Assembly (NCBI GenBank): GCA_030265395.1
Contig: JARFYF010000007.1
Span: 32,854,131-32,918,130, forward strand
Direction of reading: 5' to 3'
From: Rhina ancylostomus
Taxonomy: Eukaryota
Length of the DNA: 64,000 nucleotides
Part shown: in pieces, positions 38,383 through 51,139 of the stretch
How positions within the stretch are numbered: position 1 is the first letter of the stretch
How the letters are laid out: every line of letters starts with the position of its first letter
Made by a program: the position numbers and the translations under genes
The notes under the pieces: model-generated
Database searches by the model: none
What the model saw: the letters and a program-made list of their open reading frames with translations, nothing else
Told to the model about the DNA's origin: nothing

Positions 38383-39190
38383 TAATAGAGAACATAGAAC
38401 AGTACAACACAGGAACAGGCCCTTCAGCACACGATGTTGTGCCGAACTAATTAAATTAGTAATCAAATGCCCAACTAAACTAATCCCTTCTCCTACCAGG
38501 ATGCTGCCTGGATTAGAGGGCATGTGCTACAAGGAGAGGTTGAACAAACTTGAGTTGTTTTCTCCCGAGTGGCGGAGGCTGAGGGGAGACCTGATAGAGG
38601 TTTATAAGATTATGAGAGGCAGAGATAGAGTAGGCAGCCGGTATCTCTTTCCCAGGGTTGAAATGTCTAATTCCAGAGGGCATGAATTTAAGGTGAGAGG
38701 AGGTAAGTTCAAAGGAGATGTGTGGGGCAGGTCTTAACCCTCCAGAACCCTCCAAAATCATGTGCCTATCTAAGAGCCTCTTGAATCCCTCTATTGTATT
38801 TGCCTCCACCACCACCACACCAGGCAGCGCATTCCAGGCAGCCACCACTCTCTGTGTGAAAAAACCACGCCGCCGATCTTCGTATTATCTGCAAATTTAC
38901 TAACCCACACATCTACCTTTTTCACCTAGGTCATTTATATGTATCACAAACAGCAGAGGTCTCAGTACAGATCCCTGTGGAACACCACTAGTCACAGACC
39001 TCCAGACAGGGTAGGAGACCGCTACCCTCTGTCTTCTATAGGCAAGCCAGTTCTGAATCCAATCGGCCAATTCACCGTGGATCTCAGGCATCTTAATCTT
39101 CTGGATGAGCCTCCCATGAGGGAAGTTGTCAAATGCCTTACTAAAATCCATGTAGACAACATCCACCACGCTACCTTCATCAATCACCAA
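38383..39190 (-). mobile_element. CR1 LINE, internally rearranged (38497-38730 inverted)
   Basis: Minus strand: VDVVYMDFSKAFD..PHGRL...SGVPQGSVL, then FFTQRVVAAWNALP, then the tail. Plus-strand block: RMLPGLEG..Y.ERL..L.LFS..RRLRGDLIEVYKIMRG. Confidence 0.9.
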
Positions 39191-39849
39191 TCACTTTCAT
39201 ATAATGATGGGATTGTCAGACTATTCTGGTGTTGAATCAGAACCATAAATATTTTCCATTTTCAAATTGCAGGCAAGTGAGTTGAAGATATCAAAAATAT
39301 TTCTACAGTGTCATATAACTTGTAGTTGTGAGAACGACTTGACTATTTACTAACAGAGGCAGATATACAGAAGTTTACTGAGGTAAGTTCAATTAAATAT
39401 TCCTTGGGGAGTTCTGGCATAGCCAGAGTTTAGACTCCGTGTAACTCCTTAGCTTTACCCCTCCCATCGTCCCACTAACCACCACTGCACCCTTCCCACC
39501 TCCACCAACACCTTCCGTACAACACGTGTAACTTTAAAAATATTCTATATAGTTGGTTATAAGTCACTTTGCCCCCAATTTCCACCATAAATCTTTCACC
39601 ATTGCTCACCACAGTATCAGTCCATCTTGAATAAGTCCATCATGAGTAAGTTTGGACAAAACCTATAAAGTTGATTCACAGAATTCAGGTTGTTTGGGAA
39701 TGTGCAACTTAGCCCAACGGACCTACTTTGGTGTTAGGGATGGTTGGAAGGTGGTTAAGTGTAGTTGTTGATGTCCCTTCTGATAGCTTTGCAGATGAAA
39801 GTGAGAACACAGCCTTGTTTGCTGGGAGTCCTGGGTTGCCACCCTCATT

Positions 39850-42260
39850 TCTTCAGGTGGGTCCTTATGGCCTGTTGTTGTCCTGACATAATCTAAGTTA
39901 TTACAAGGTGACTGTGGCTTTGAGGCTGCTGCTTTGTTAAGTACAGATTTGTGAAATTAACTCTTCTCTGGGTTGTAGCATTTATCTGCTGAAACTCACC
40001 AGACTGGGTTGAAGAGGCCCTTGGAATATATGGTTATGCTGTACTGCAGCTCCTGAATCTGTTCATTTCCTCACATTGGTGACAAGTATGTGAGACAATA
40101 GAACATGAGATAGGGTGAGTTTGATAAGACTGTAAGTAAAAGTGGAAAATCTAGATATGTGCAAAAAGGAGCTTGGATAAAATGATGTAAAATAGCAGGC
40201 TACACACAAACTGAATGTATCAGGAGGATCAGAGATTATGAAAAGCTTTTGTACTGACTTGGTACACATGAACTGTTCTTCCTTATCAACAGTATTGGGG
40301 AGATAGTGAGAGTTGTGGAAGTGACACTTGAAGCCATTTGAGAGTGATGTAAGGTCAGCCTTGTGGTGGAAATAAGCCTAAATACTTGGGCCTTGTTGGT
40401 TAATCTACTCATATCTAGCAGTGTGCTCTGTGCACTGTTCAAGTGTACAAAGGAATTTTAATCTACTGAAAATTATAAATTTGGAAACCAGAATCAAAAG
40501 TCCAAGGAAATAATAAGTTGCTTCATTATTGAGAAGGAACGTGTCCCATCATGGTAACTTCAACATATTTCGAGACCCTGAACTACAAGATCAATTTGTG
40601 TGTGGCCTTACCAACAAGCATGTTCAGGCTAAGTTCTTATATAAGGACATGTAAAATTGCTCCTGCTGTGTTGGAAAACGCAAGGAAATTCCATTTGGTG
40701 CAGAACATAGATATGTGTATGTGCATGCTGTGAGTAGAATAATGTGCAGTAATGGCAGTGTTGCCTTCATTGGCCTGGGAAGTCTTGGCAGGAGAACCTG
40801 TTTTTGTTATCAGAGCAGACTTTCGGCTCTCAGTTGTGCCATTCAGATAGCTCTGTTTTCTGTATTACAAAGTAGGATACATGGAGCTGGTCTGAAAAAA
40901 GGCAGACAGATGCAGCAAGTACAGGCAATGGTGGTCCACAAGAATTCAGATGGCAGGAAAACAGGATTATGAAGCAGGCACAAAGGACAGCTCCGCACAT
41001 CATTGAGATAGAGACAAAGAAGAATGCACCCTAAATGAGATTTATGCCACAAGTAGTGGCCAAGAGACAAAAAGCAGCAACTCTAAGACTCGTGTGAAGG
41101 AGAACAGCCAGAACACAGAGAAGAGCATAGATACTGCTGTAGATTGATTAGTACTGGGAAGACTTATGTGTAGTGAATGATTCAGCAGTATTCTATTAAC
41201 CAACACCAGTATAATCCAATGCACGTGGTCAGGTAGAATACTGAAAACATTGGCAGGATGACATAATTTTTTCACAAATTTGAAGAAGTTGAGTTGGCAA
41301 TTATTGTGTTAGGCCATGTGTGTTGTCTCTGTTACTAGGCAAAGACGGGATCACAGTACTTGAACTTGAATCAAGTATTCATTCTTCATGTGGTGCACCG
41401 GTATTGGGGAAAAAACTCAAACCTTCCCACTTGGCACTCAGGGACATGGGTGCAACACACCCACTCAGTGGAGTGCCATAGCCTGATGTATTGCAGATCT
41501 TTTCTGGACAAATAGAGACAATTGGTACTGCAAACAAGGGGGCACTTTGTAAAGGAAGACATAGATGGTTAAACTAATGATAGCTGGAGAGGAAGCAGAG
41601 GAGCAGAATATAGGATGCAAACAGAAAAGGCAGAAACAAAATAATCATGTTATCTTGCTATTTTTTGGAAGTCCAGAACTTGGAAAGAAGTTTGATGAAC
41701 TGAATGACTTCTTCAATCTGAAGCATCTTCCAGTTATTGACATCTAAACTTAGCCTAATAAGAAATTGGTTGCATAGACTTTGAAGCTGTGGAAAAACTG
41801 GAAAGGACATTGAAGCTGAAGGGGGTCAGTCAGCTGTGCAGTCAAATTTGGGGATCAATAAGGGAATCAATACAGGTAACAAAAGTCAAAGGACCTTTAG
41901 AACATGGTCAATAATCTTCCAACTTAAAGAACGTCAAAGATATTTTGAAAATCAAATTGGAGTGTCCTAGGCCTAATTTGTAGACACATCTGCACCACAT
42001 CAGTATCGCAGTAGTGTCATCATAAACACACATGGCATGAAGTCAGGTTATTTTGTGGGAAAACTTTGATGCCAAATTCCTCTTGTGCAGGTTCAGGAAA
42101 TTCCAGGACAATAATTTCTACCACTGTTGTGTAATAGGATAATCAGTCTTTTCAACAGAATACGGATTCATGGCCCTTTAGCTGTAGGATAGTAAAAGGG
42201 TAATGGAAGTCAAAAAGACCATTTGGTTTACAGGAACTCAACAACAACCATCAGCATCAG
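39850..42260 (+). mobile_element. Heavily decayed Gypsy/Ty3 LTR retrotransposon (LTR end, PBS, gag, start of pol)
   Basis: ...ctcaCA then PBS-like TGGTGACAAG (40077). Gag motif LQDQFVCGL (40583-40609). Pol-like remnants LER..EAEGV...SNLGS (~41800) and IINTHG (~42020). Left boundary uncertain. Confidence 0.55.
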
Positions 42261-42289
42261 TCCACTACTGGTCTTTCCAGGATGACCTA

Positions 42290-43475
42290 CTGAGGACACA
42301 GCCTTGTGGAACACCAGTGTTGAGAATAATCGTTCTGGATGTGTTGCTGCCTATCTTNNNNNNNNNNNNNNNNNNNNNNNNNNNNNNNNNNNNNNNNNNN
42401 NNNNNNNNNNNNNNNNNNNNNNNNNNNNNNNNNNNNNNNNNNNNNNNNNNNNNNNNNGAGATGAGTGTAGGGCCAGGGAGATGGTGTCCACTGTAGACCT
42501 GTTTCAGCGGTAGGCAAATTGCAGTGGGTTGAGGTTATCTGGGGGGCTGAAGCTGATGTGTGCCATGACTAGCCTCTTGAAGCACTTCATGATGGTGGAT
42601 GTCAGAGCCACTGGGCGGTAGTCATTACAGAATGTTACCTTGTTTTTCTTAGGTACCAGGCTGATAGTGGTCTTCTTAAAGCAGCTGGAACATCAGATTG
42701 AAGCAGGGAGAGGTTAAATATGTCTGAAAATATCCCCGCCAGCTGATCAGCACAATATATGAGCACATGGCCAGGGACACCATCCAGGCCAGATACTTTC
42801 CTCAGATTCACTCTCTGGAACACTGATCTTACGTCCTTGACAGTGACCACAGGTTCAGTTGCATTGCAGGCTGTCATGGTGGGTGGTGACAATCCACTCC
42901 CCTTCTGTTCAAATCACGCATAGAATGTGTTAAGCTCATCAGGAAGGGATGCACTGTTGTTGACTATGCTGCCTGACTTCATTTTGTAGGCTTGCCACAC
43001 TGACGGCTTGTCTGGAACTCTATTTTGAACTGGTATTGTCTCTTGGCATTCCTGGTATCTTTTTGGAGGACGTATCTTGATTTCTTGTAGAGGTCAGGGT
43101 CACCTGATTGGAATGCTGCAGTCCTTGACTTCGGTAAGGAGCGGATCTCCCGGTTCATCCATAGTTTCCGGTTTGGGAACACTCGTGTTGTCCTCTTTGG
43201 TAGACAGTCCTAAATACACTTGCTGATAAAATCCGTGATGGTAGTGACATACTCATCTAGGCTGGCAGCTGAGTCTTTGAACATGAACCAATCCACTGAC
43301 TCAAAATGGTCGCGTAGAAGCTCAACTATTTCCTCAGACCAGCACTGGACAACTCTCTGTACTGGATCCTCCCGTTTCAGTTTCTGTTTGTGTGCAGGGA
43401 GGAGGAGTGCAGCCTGGTGGTCAGATTTACCAAAGTGAAGGCGATAGGTGGTCGGAAGGCATCTTTGATGGTTGT
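42290..43475 (-). mobile_element. Rex1/Babar LINE fragment (end of endonuclease through RT)
   Basis: [72 protein letters not shown] and TIILNTGVPQGCV. Confidence 0.9.
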
Positions 43476-43695
43476 CTAGCAATGCTCAATGGAGGGGAAG
43501 CTGGTTTGTGTGATGGACTGGGCTGCATTCACAACTCTCAACAATTTCTTGAGGTCTTGGGCAGATCAGTTGCCCTACCAAGCTGGATAGGATAGGATGT
43601 TTTCAACTGTGCAACTGTAAAAATGGTAAGAGTCATCAAGGACATACTGACGCCTCTATTTCCTTAGCCTTCTGAGGAAGTAGAGACATTGATGT
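43476..43695 (-). mobile_element. Rex1/Babar C-terminal fragment (separate copy)
   Basis: Minus strand: LYFLRRLRK, TLTIFYSCTVENIL and RVVNAAQSITQTSFPSIE. Confidence 0.75.
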
Positions 43696-43696
43696 A

Positions 43697-43825
43697 GGAC
43701 TGAGGTGGAGAGAAATTTCTTTACTCAGTGGGTGGCGAACCTGTGGAATTCTCTACCACAGAGGGCTGTACAGGCCACATCATTGATTAGAAGATAGATT
43801 TTTAGACACAAAAGCAACAAGGAAC
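43697..43825 (+). mobile_element. CR1 3' fragment
   Basis: RTEVERNFFTQWVANLWNSLPQRAV. Confidence 0.8.
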
Positions 43826-44339
43826 CTAGAATGAANNNNNNNNNNNNNNNNNNNNNNNNNNNNNNNNNNNNNNNNNNNNNNNNNNNNNNNNNNNNNNNNN
43901 NNNNNNNNNNNNNNNNNNNNNNNNNNNNNNNNNNNAAGGAACCTAGAATGAATGCAGGAACATGGCATTGTAGGGATGTTTGCTCATGCTACTTGGGAGA
44001 GTTTAACCTAATTTGGCAGGGGTTGGGGAATTCACTAACAGCATGTCCAGTATGTAATAAGCAATGATTTACCCATTGTATAGATGATCATTGTTGCAGT
44101 ACAGGATATGGGTGGTCCCCAGTAGTGAGGAAGTCTGTGGAGTTCAGCACAGTGGCTGTGGAGCACCTGGTGGTGGGACCTGTGAGGGACTTGTGGCGCC
44201 TGGCTAAGGTGGCTTCTAGGATGAGCAGGAGATGGCCTGGAAATGGCTGTAAACAGCAAAAGTTGGAAGGACAGCTCCATCTGTAGAAAATGGGAGTGAC
44301 TGGTGATGGAAATGTGGGGAAAGAGCTGGGGTGCAGACA

Positions 44340-44520
44340 GGGGGATTATGGATTGGAAAGTTGGAGAGGTAGAGGGAGTTGGTGGGGAGAGAGAGAGAGA
44401 AAGGAGAGAGAATGGAAGGCAGAAGGTTGAGTAGTGGGAAGGGACGATCTGGTGGAGAGGGAATAGAGGGGAGAGGGGAATATGAAGATAGTGGAAAGAA
44501 GGGAGAGGGAGGGAAGGATA
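44340..44520. repeat. Purine-rich (GA) low-complexity tract
   Basis: Strongly G/A-biased, with (ga)n runs. Confidence 0.7.
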
Positions 44521-45527
44521 TTGGTAGTTGTTTCTAACATGTATCCTCTATTCAGCCTGAACCTATCTGAGCCGGGTCAAAAACTTGGCCAAATTCACAG
44601 AGCAGCACAAACCAAAGCTCTTCTAAAAAAGTTATTAAAGCTGAGCGAATGCCAGAAATAAAATATATCATTACAAACACTAATAGGGAGAAGGCATGTT
44701 ATAGAAAATCACTGAAGATATGATGTAAAATACTACAAACTGTTGTACTCTATTAAGACTTCTGTATTCTGTACCAATCATAATTTAACCCTTATCTGTA
44801 AATTATGACATCTGTTCCTTTATCTTCTCTCTGTCTCTGACCCCTATTTGATCAACCCTGTCCATAGTTTTATTGTAAGCTGTTCTTTATATTTAAATAT
44901 TGTTTACTTTTTAACTCTAGATGATGTTGTACGTAATTCACCTTGACAGTTACTCAGAATGAAACAGTTCTATTTACTGTTTCCTGCATGTTATCAAAGG
45001 TTGTCCTGAACCCTGCTTACTTTGCAATCCAAAATCACACTCTTGATTATTTGATTATGCAAGCTGTTCCTTTGATTGTACCATTTTCATCTTGTTTTTA
45101 TGCTACAGGGCCATGAACTGTCCAATGCATGAATATTTGATGTCCAACTATTAGCACAATAAAGATGCTTTGATGGGAGAAGATTCGAGCTTATCAGCAT
45201 TCTCAAAGTTACTTTTCATGTTGGTGATATTTCTAATGTTTAGTACTTCTAAAGACTGTTCAGATTAGGAGCAGGCACATTGGAGTCATCTTGTTATTTA
45301 CACAATGACTTGTAACTTTTGGTGACATTACCACAGCATGGGTTCAGGAAACAATGGGGAAAATAAAGAAAAAAAGCTTGTGTTTCTAAAACTCCAAGAT
45401 TTTCCCTCAGCTAACAGCCTGTTTGAGAAGTTCAGCCCTAAAACTCTGGGTTCTGCATAGCATTCTGGGGTAGTTTTCAGTCAGTTTTGATTACTCTGTG
45501 TTAAGCATTTTTAACGTATCTGACTGC

Positions 45528-45840
45528 AAGAGAGAGAAGGGGAAGGAGTGGAAAAAGGGTGGGGGAGAAGCAGAGGGAAGGCAGACAGAGGACATAGGTG
45601 AGAAGAGGGAGAAAGAGAGAGAGTAGGATGAAGGAGGAGTGAGGGGAAGGGAAAGGGAAGGAGGGAAGAGGAAAGGAGTGGGTGGATTAGGGAAGCAGAG
45701 ATGGATGGTGGGGGAAGGGAGGGAGAGTGAGAATGGAGGGTGTTGAGGAAGGGAATTAGGAGTAGAGGTGAAAGAGAGGGAGGGGATACTAAAGGAAGGA
45801 GGGTGCTAGGAGAAGGGAAATGTTTGAGAGAGGGGTGAAC
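45528..45840. repeat. Purine-rich (GA) low-complexity tract
   Basis: ~310 bp of gggaa/gagg words. Confidence 0.75.
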
Positions 45841-45894
45841 AATAAACCATAGTGAAAGAGTGATGGTACTGTATCTGTCTCAGTGTGCTAGAAT

Positions 45895-45988
45895 ATTGAT
45901 ATTGGTATTGCTTTATTATTGTCACTTGTACCGAGGTACAGTGAAAAACTTGTCTTGCATATGGATTGTACAGGTCAATTCATTACAC
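45895..45988 (-). mobile_element. Rex1/Babar 3' end (continues into gap)
   Basis: ttattattgtcacttgtaccgaggtacagtgaaaaacttg, similar to the tail at 13510. Confidence 0.75.
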
Positions 45989-46874
45989 NNNNNNNNNNNN
46001 NNNNNNNNNNNNNNNNNNNNNNNNNNNNNNNNNNNNNNNNNNNNNNNNNNNNNNNNNNNNNNNNNNNNNNNNNNNNNNNNNNNNNNNNNNNNNNNNNNNN
46101 NNNNNNNNNNNNNNNNNNNNNNNNNNNNNNNNNNNNNNNNNNNNNNNNNNNNNNNNNNNNNNNNNNNNNNNNNNNNNNNNNNNNNNNNNNNNNNNNNNNN
46201 NNNNNNNNNNNNNNNNNNNNNNNNNNNNNNNNNNNNNNNNNNNNNNNNNNNNNNNNNNNNNNNNNNNNNNNNNNNNNNNNNNNNNNNNNNNNNNNNNNNN
46301 NNNNNNNNNNNNNNNNNNNNNNNNNNNNNNNNNNNNNNNNNNNNNNNNNNNNNNNNNNNNNNNNNNNNNNNNNNNNNNNNNNNNNNNNNNNNNNNNNNNN
46401 NNNNNNNNNNNNNNNNNNNNNNNNNNNNNNNNNNNNNNNNNNNNNNNNNNNNNNNNNNNNNNNNNNNNNNNNNNNNNNNNNNNNNNNNNNNNNNNNNNNN
46501 NNNNNNNNNNNNNNNNNNNNNNNNNNNNNNNNNNNNNNNNNNNNNNNNNNNNNNNNNNNNNNNNNNNNNNNNNNNNNNNNNNNNNNNNNNNNNNNNNNNN
46601 NNNNNNNNNNNNNNNNNNNNNNNNNNNNNNNNNNNNNNNNNNNNNNNNNNNNNNNNNNNNNNNNNNNNNNNNNNNNNNNNNNNNNNNNNNNNNNNNNNNN
46701 NNNNNNNNNNNNNNNNNNNNNNNNNNNNNNNNNNNNNNNNNNNNNNNNNNNNNNNNNNNCACCACAAGAATGAGTTAGTCAGAAGTCTCACTGAATGCCC
46801 CTGTGGGAATTAAGTTACACCTCATGACCTCTGGCTCACTTTAATTGGAATCAGCATGGTGTATGGAGGTGAGG

Positions 46875-47192
46875 GCTAGTCACAACCCAGTGGTATGAGC
46901 AGTGAATTTTCCAATTTCAGATAACACTTCCCTCCTGTGTTTCCCCCCCATCCCTTCTCTCTCCTTCCAATCCACCTCCAGTCCTCCCAGATTTGTTCTT
47001 TCTCCCAACCCCACCCCCATCACCCATTTTGATCCCCCTCACCCTCCTGGTTCCAACCACCTACTAGCTACATATTTTATCCACTGGATCTCTCCTCCCC
47101 AGTCTGGTTCCATCTGCTTACCTCTCTCCAAATGGCTCCCATTACCACCGTCCTTACTTATCAGATTCCAGCATTGGCAGCCCTTTGTCAGA
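46875..47192 (+). mobile_element. Penelope-like element ORF end and 3' UTR
   Basis: QPSGMSSEFSNFR* (~LQPxGMNIEFSNF) followed by a C/T-rich UTR ending ttatcagattccagcatt. Confidence 0.6.
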
Positions 47193-47234
47193 TTAGGTGC
47201 TCCTCAAAAATTTGTGACAAATGGTATGCAACTT

Positions 47235-47400
47235 AGAACACGTTTAAGAGACTCTTAGATAAGCACAAGAATATGCAGGGAATGGATGTATATGGACCAT
47301 GTGCAGGCAGAAGGCATTAGGTGTCATTAGCTTAATTAGTTCAGCACATCATGGGCTGTAGACCTTGTTCCTATGCTACACTGTTCTATATTCTATGTTA
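47235..47400 (+). mobile_element. CR1 3' end
   Basis: TFKRLLDKH..MQG, then tail ctgttctatattctatgtt. Confidence 0.8.
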
Positions 47401-47850
47401 CAGCAGGCACCACAATGCACAGTGGAAATATCACCAATGTTGACTCTGCAAAACCCTTCAGCTCAATTTGCAGGATGAGTCCCCTTTCCCAGGCCATCAT
47501 CCCCGGCACTGAGGTAATCACACTCAACCAGGTGCAGGAACAAGCCACACTGTCCATGTCCCCAGCAGTGGAATCACTAAACAACACTGTCACAGAAAGT
47601 TTTCCAGGAAACAGTTCAATGATGTCAACGTCACTTTGAAGAAAGGCAGCATCCTCGCTGATTCATGAGAATCCCTGGCCTGTGACCATACAATAGAGAG
47701 GTGTACCTCCGGTCTTAACTAAACAATAGGAGAATGAGGAGGCCAATTGCAAGCAGCAGAAAAAGCCCGCCTGCCCCTTTGAGCTCCACATGCTCACCTG
47801 TAGATCCCACTTTGGTCTCATCAGTCACTTCAGAATCCACAGAAATAAAA
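47400..47850 (+). mobile_element. RTE-clade LINE 3' fragment
   Basis: LSQAIIPGTE..ITLNQ, RKQFND....LKKGSI.ADS*ESLACDH and CRSHFGLISH.RIH (RTE C-terminal motif). Confidence 0.7.
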
Positions 47851-47887
47851 CAGAGATAACTTTGACCATACTACAGCCCATTCTTGA

Positions 47888-48200
47888 CCATGGTAGTTTG
47901 GCTGTTAGTGCTGCGGTCTCACAGTTCCAGGGACTCCCCTCCCTGCGCCCCCCACATCCCATTTATGTACAGAGTTACGTTCTTTGTGACTGTGTGGGTT
48001 TCCTCCGGGTGCTCTGGTTTCCTCCAATGGCCCAAACGCATGTGTGTAGGTCAAGTGGCTATTGTAAATTAACCCTCAGTGCAGGGTAATGGCAAAAAGA
48101 ATCAAAGGGAAGCTGGTAGGCGGAGTGAGAGAGAATAAGTTGCAGGGGTACAGGGAAATAAGAAGGAAGAATAGACAAATTACCTCCTTCTGAGTTGCTT
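47888..48200 (+). mobile_element. V-SINE
   Basis: Head catggtagtttggctgttagtgctgcggtctcacag. V-domain gtgggtttcctccgggtgctctggtttcctcc. Confidence 0.8.
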
Positions 48201-48344
48201 TAAGCATTAGTTTTGATATGATCTCGAGGAACTTGCTAAGAAAACAAGACGAGAACAAGCTATTCACAGTTTCTCATTAATATTTAGGGTCTTATGCTAT
48301 GTAAATAGTTGCTGATTCCAAAAGGTACAATTCCAATCTTTGTA

Positions 48345-48455
48345 AGAGCCTTCGTCTGGTGAAGGGCCTTCAATCTGAAGCTTCAACCTGATGACATCTG
48401 CAGGAATAGTTTTTATTTTAGATTTCCAGCATCTGCTGTTTATTTGATTTTCATC
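48345..48455 (+). mobile_element. Penelope-terminus short element (degenerate)
   Basis: ctggtgaagggcc...tttagatttccagcatctgctg. Confidence 0.5.
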
Positions 48456-49479
48456 ATTCATCAAGTTCTGCATTTGATGATCACACATCCGCTCACATCC
48501 TCCCAATATGAGCTTCATATATTTTCAACAAAAACCAGCATTCCCACTGGTCTGCATAGACTGATTTAAGAAGACGCACAATCTGATTAAAAAAATATAT
48601 GAAATCTCTTCCAGTTTTCAGGTGACACAGTGTCTGATGAGCTTATCTTTTGTCAAGCTTCCCTGTTCAAGCTTGTTTATTGCAACAACTTAAAAAAGTA
48701 AAACCATTTCCTGTAATTATACTTATTTAGATCTGAGTTAAACACATTTCATTTTTCTCCTTAATTTGCACAGCATTGTTTACACCAGTTAGATAAGAGA
48801 CCTTATCTAACTGAATCGAAATTGAATTATGACAAGAAGCTGTTGCAGGCATGTGCTTTATTATGCAAAGTATCTTCACTCTGCACACCCAAAAATTGTC
48901 CAGCAATGGACAAGTGACACCTCCAGTACCCCCTGTGGTTACTAAATGCTAAACATCCAAATTAAACTGATAACAATACATGGCTCACAAGCAGGGCTGT
49001 ATTATTCATTTTCCAGTGACCTACTTGTCAATTTCAGGTCAACTAACCAATGGCAATCTCTGCTTACTGGAACTGGTTTAGAAATGGGATTGTCAGTAAA
49101 TGCTTTACTGCACCATCACATAAACAACTTTAAAAATAAAATTAACTGGTGTTTTATAGTATATGTAATTGTCTCATGGGTCTAAAATGTACGTAGCAAA
49201 TTCAATAAAACAATTTTAAATTTAGGTCTCCAACTGATTCAAAATCCAATTGTCCTGTGTCAGCTCTCTGCACTGAAACCTATTAGGTACCAAAATGCAG
49301 CTAAACAAGATAAATGAGTACTGAGTCAAGTTTCTGCCTCAGCAAAACAACTAGAGTGCTCATAGCTGGCTATAATGCAACCCACAGAGGAGTAAGTTTG
49401 ACTGCAGTTCCAATATCCAGATTACAGCAATGAGGAAAATGTTAATTTTCAGTGCTAAATCTGGAAAAAATATCCATTC

Positions 49480-49960
49480 ATTTCAAATGATTGCCCCAAG
49501 TAGGACTAACACGAGTGCAAAGTGATACTCTTTGGCAGAAAGAATAAGGAGAGGCAATATAGACCAAGTGGCATAGTTCTAAAGGGTGTTGCTAGAACAG
49601 GGAAACCTGGGCATACATGTGCATTTTAACCTTCAAAGCTGCAGAGCCACAATAAAGGGAAGTTGCTCCAATGACCAAAGGCTCAGACTTAAAATTTTGG
49701 CCAAAGGATACATGGGAATGTGAGGAATTACTTTTTTTTTACCCAGAGCGAAGTTCAGATCTGGAATTTACGGCGTATAAGGATAGTGGAATCAAAATTA
49801 ATCAGTGCCTTTGAAAGGGAATTGGACAGGCACCTGAGAGAGAATAATTTTCAGGGCTAATGGGAAAGAGAGAGTTTTATAGGATTGTTCTGCTAGCAGC
49901 TGTCATGGTCTTGATGGGCTGAATAGTCTCCTTCTATGCTGATATGATTCTATCATTCAA
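49480..49960 (+). mobile_element. Old CR1 3' region
   Basis: tttttacccagag...tggaat, tttgaaagggaattggacagg and gatgggctgaatagtctccttctatgct. Confidence 0.65.
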
Positions 49961-50561
49961 TACATCTGGTAAAGTACATCAAACTTATGGTGCACCACTC
50001 CATATTTCAAGCTGAGTAATTCATAATGGAATGTGGGTATGTGCAAGGTGCCGATGGTGTCTCACCCATTGGATGCATGATTATGAATCGGGGGGATGGG
50101 GCGCACGACCAAGGAGATTCTTTCCGAGTTGTGCTTCTGTCTTGCTCTCAGTAGCTTAGTAGCTTAATTTCCCTGCCTGGTATAATTTCTGTGTTGTAAG
50201 TTTTTATTGTTTCTGCTGGTTTGATCCACATTTATTTTGTTACTGAGTTTTGGAGAGTTAAAACAATAAAGTAACTTGCAATAAAAAAGCAAGCTTCCTT
50301 GATTCAATGATAGGATGCTGGAAATATTGCTGCACAAAGTGAAGGCAAAGGAAGTCATTTCAACTGAAACTCACTTTGGCAAACTGGCAAAGGCAGTGGC
50401 AAGGGGAGGGTTTAGTACCTTGTCGTAGTTTTACTAGAATCAGTAGCATGATTCAAAGAATGTCAATGAAATCACCAAAAGAGGCAGGACTGAATTCAAC
50501 TTGAGGTGTTTATGTGAAACTTAATGCCTTCCTGATGATTTACAGTGGAAATAACACAAGT

Positions 50562-50940
50562 AAAATGAGGAATAGGCCATTCAGCCCCTCTGTCATTCAA
50601 TAAGATCATCACCAATCTTCTGTCTCAACACTGTTTAACCCCTTTATCCCTTAATCCATTTAATACACAAAAAGCTCTGCTGTGAAATACTGAGCAACTC
50701 AGGTAGAAAATTCCAATGATTACTTCCATCTGGGTGATGCCATTTCTTCTCATATCAGTCCTGAATGGCCAGCTACTTAATTTGAGAGCCTAGCCTCTGG
50801 TTCTAGACATTCCAGCGAGGGGTAATATCATTCTCACATTTACCATGTCAACCTCTGTAAGATCTTTGTATTTTTCAGTTGGATTACTTCTCAGTCTTCT
50901 AAATTATGGAAGATTTTAACCCAGTCTATTTAACCAATAT
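50562..50940 (-). mobile_element. Old CR1 3' region
   Basis: ggaataggccattcagcccctc..cattcaataagatcat and tttcttctcatatcagtcctgaatggcc. Confidence 0.7.
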
Positions 50941-51139
50941 ATGCTCCTCATCATGACAGCTGGGGGACAAATTGGCTATCTCCTAAAAACAAGTGTGGAT
51001 ATGTGGTATGGAATTTAGCTACACCCTGTCTACTCTTTGGAGGACGTCTGTCAGTAATGTTGCTCCAGAATATGGATGAAATGTAGAAAGAAGGTTAATA
51101 GTCTGTGATAAGTAGTAAAAATGGGCGGAAAGTTTAAAC

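Noticed and set aside
45528-45840. Purine tracts as functional G-quadruplex or triplex elements
   Set aside because: This is common low-complexity sequence, and nothing here supports a function.
47373-47639. Ser/Thr-rich 88-aa ORF
   Set aside because: It overlaps a decayed RTE LINE 3' region.
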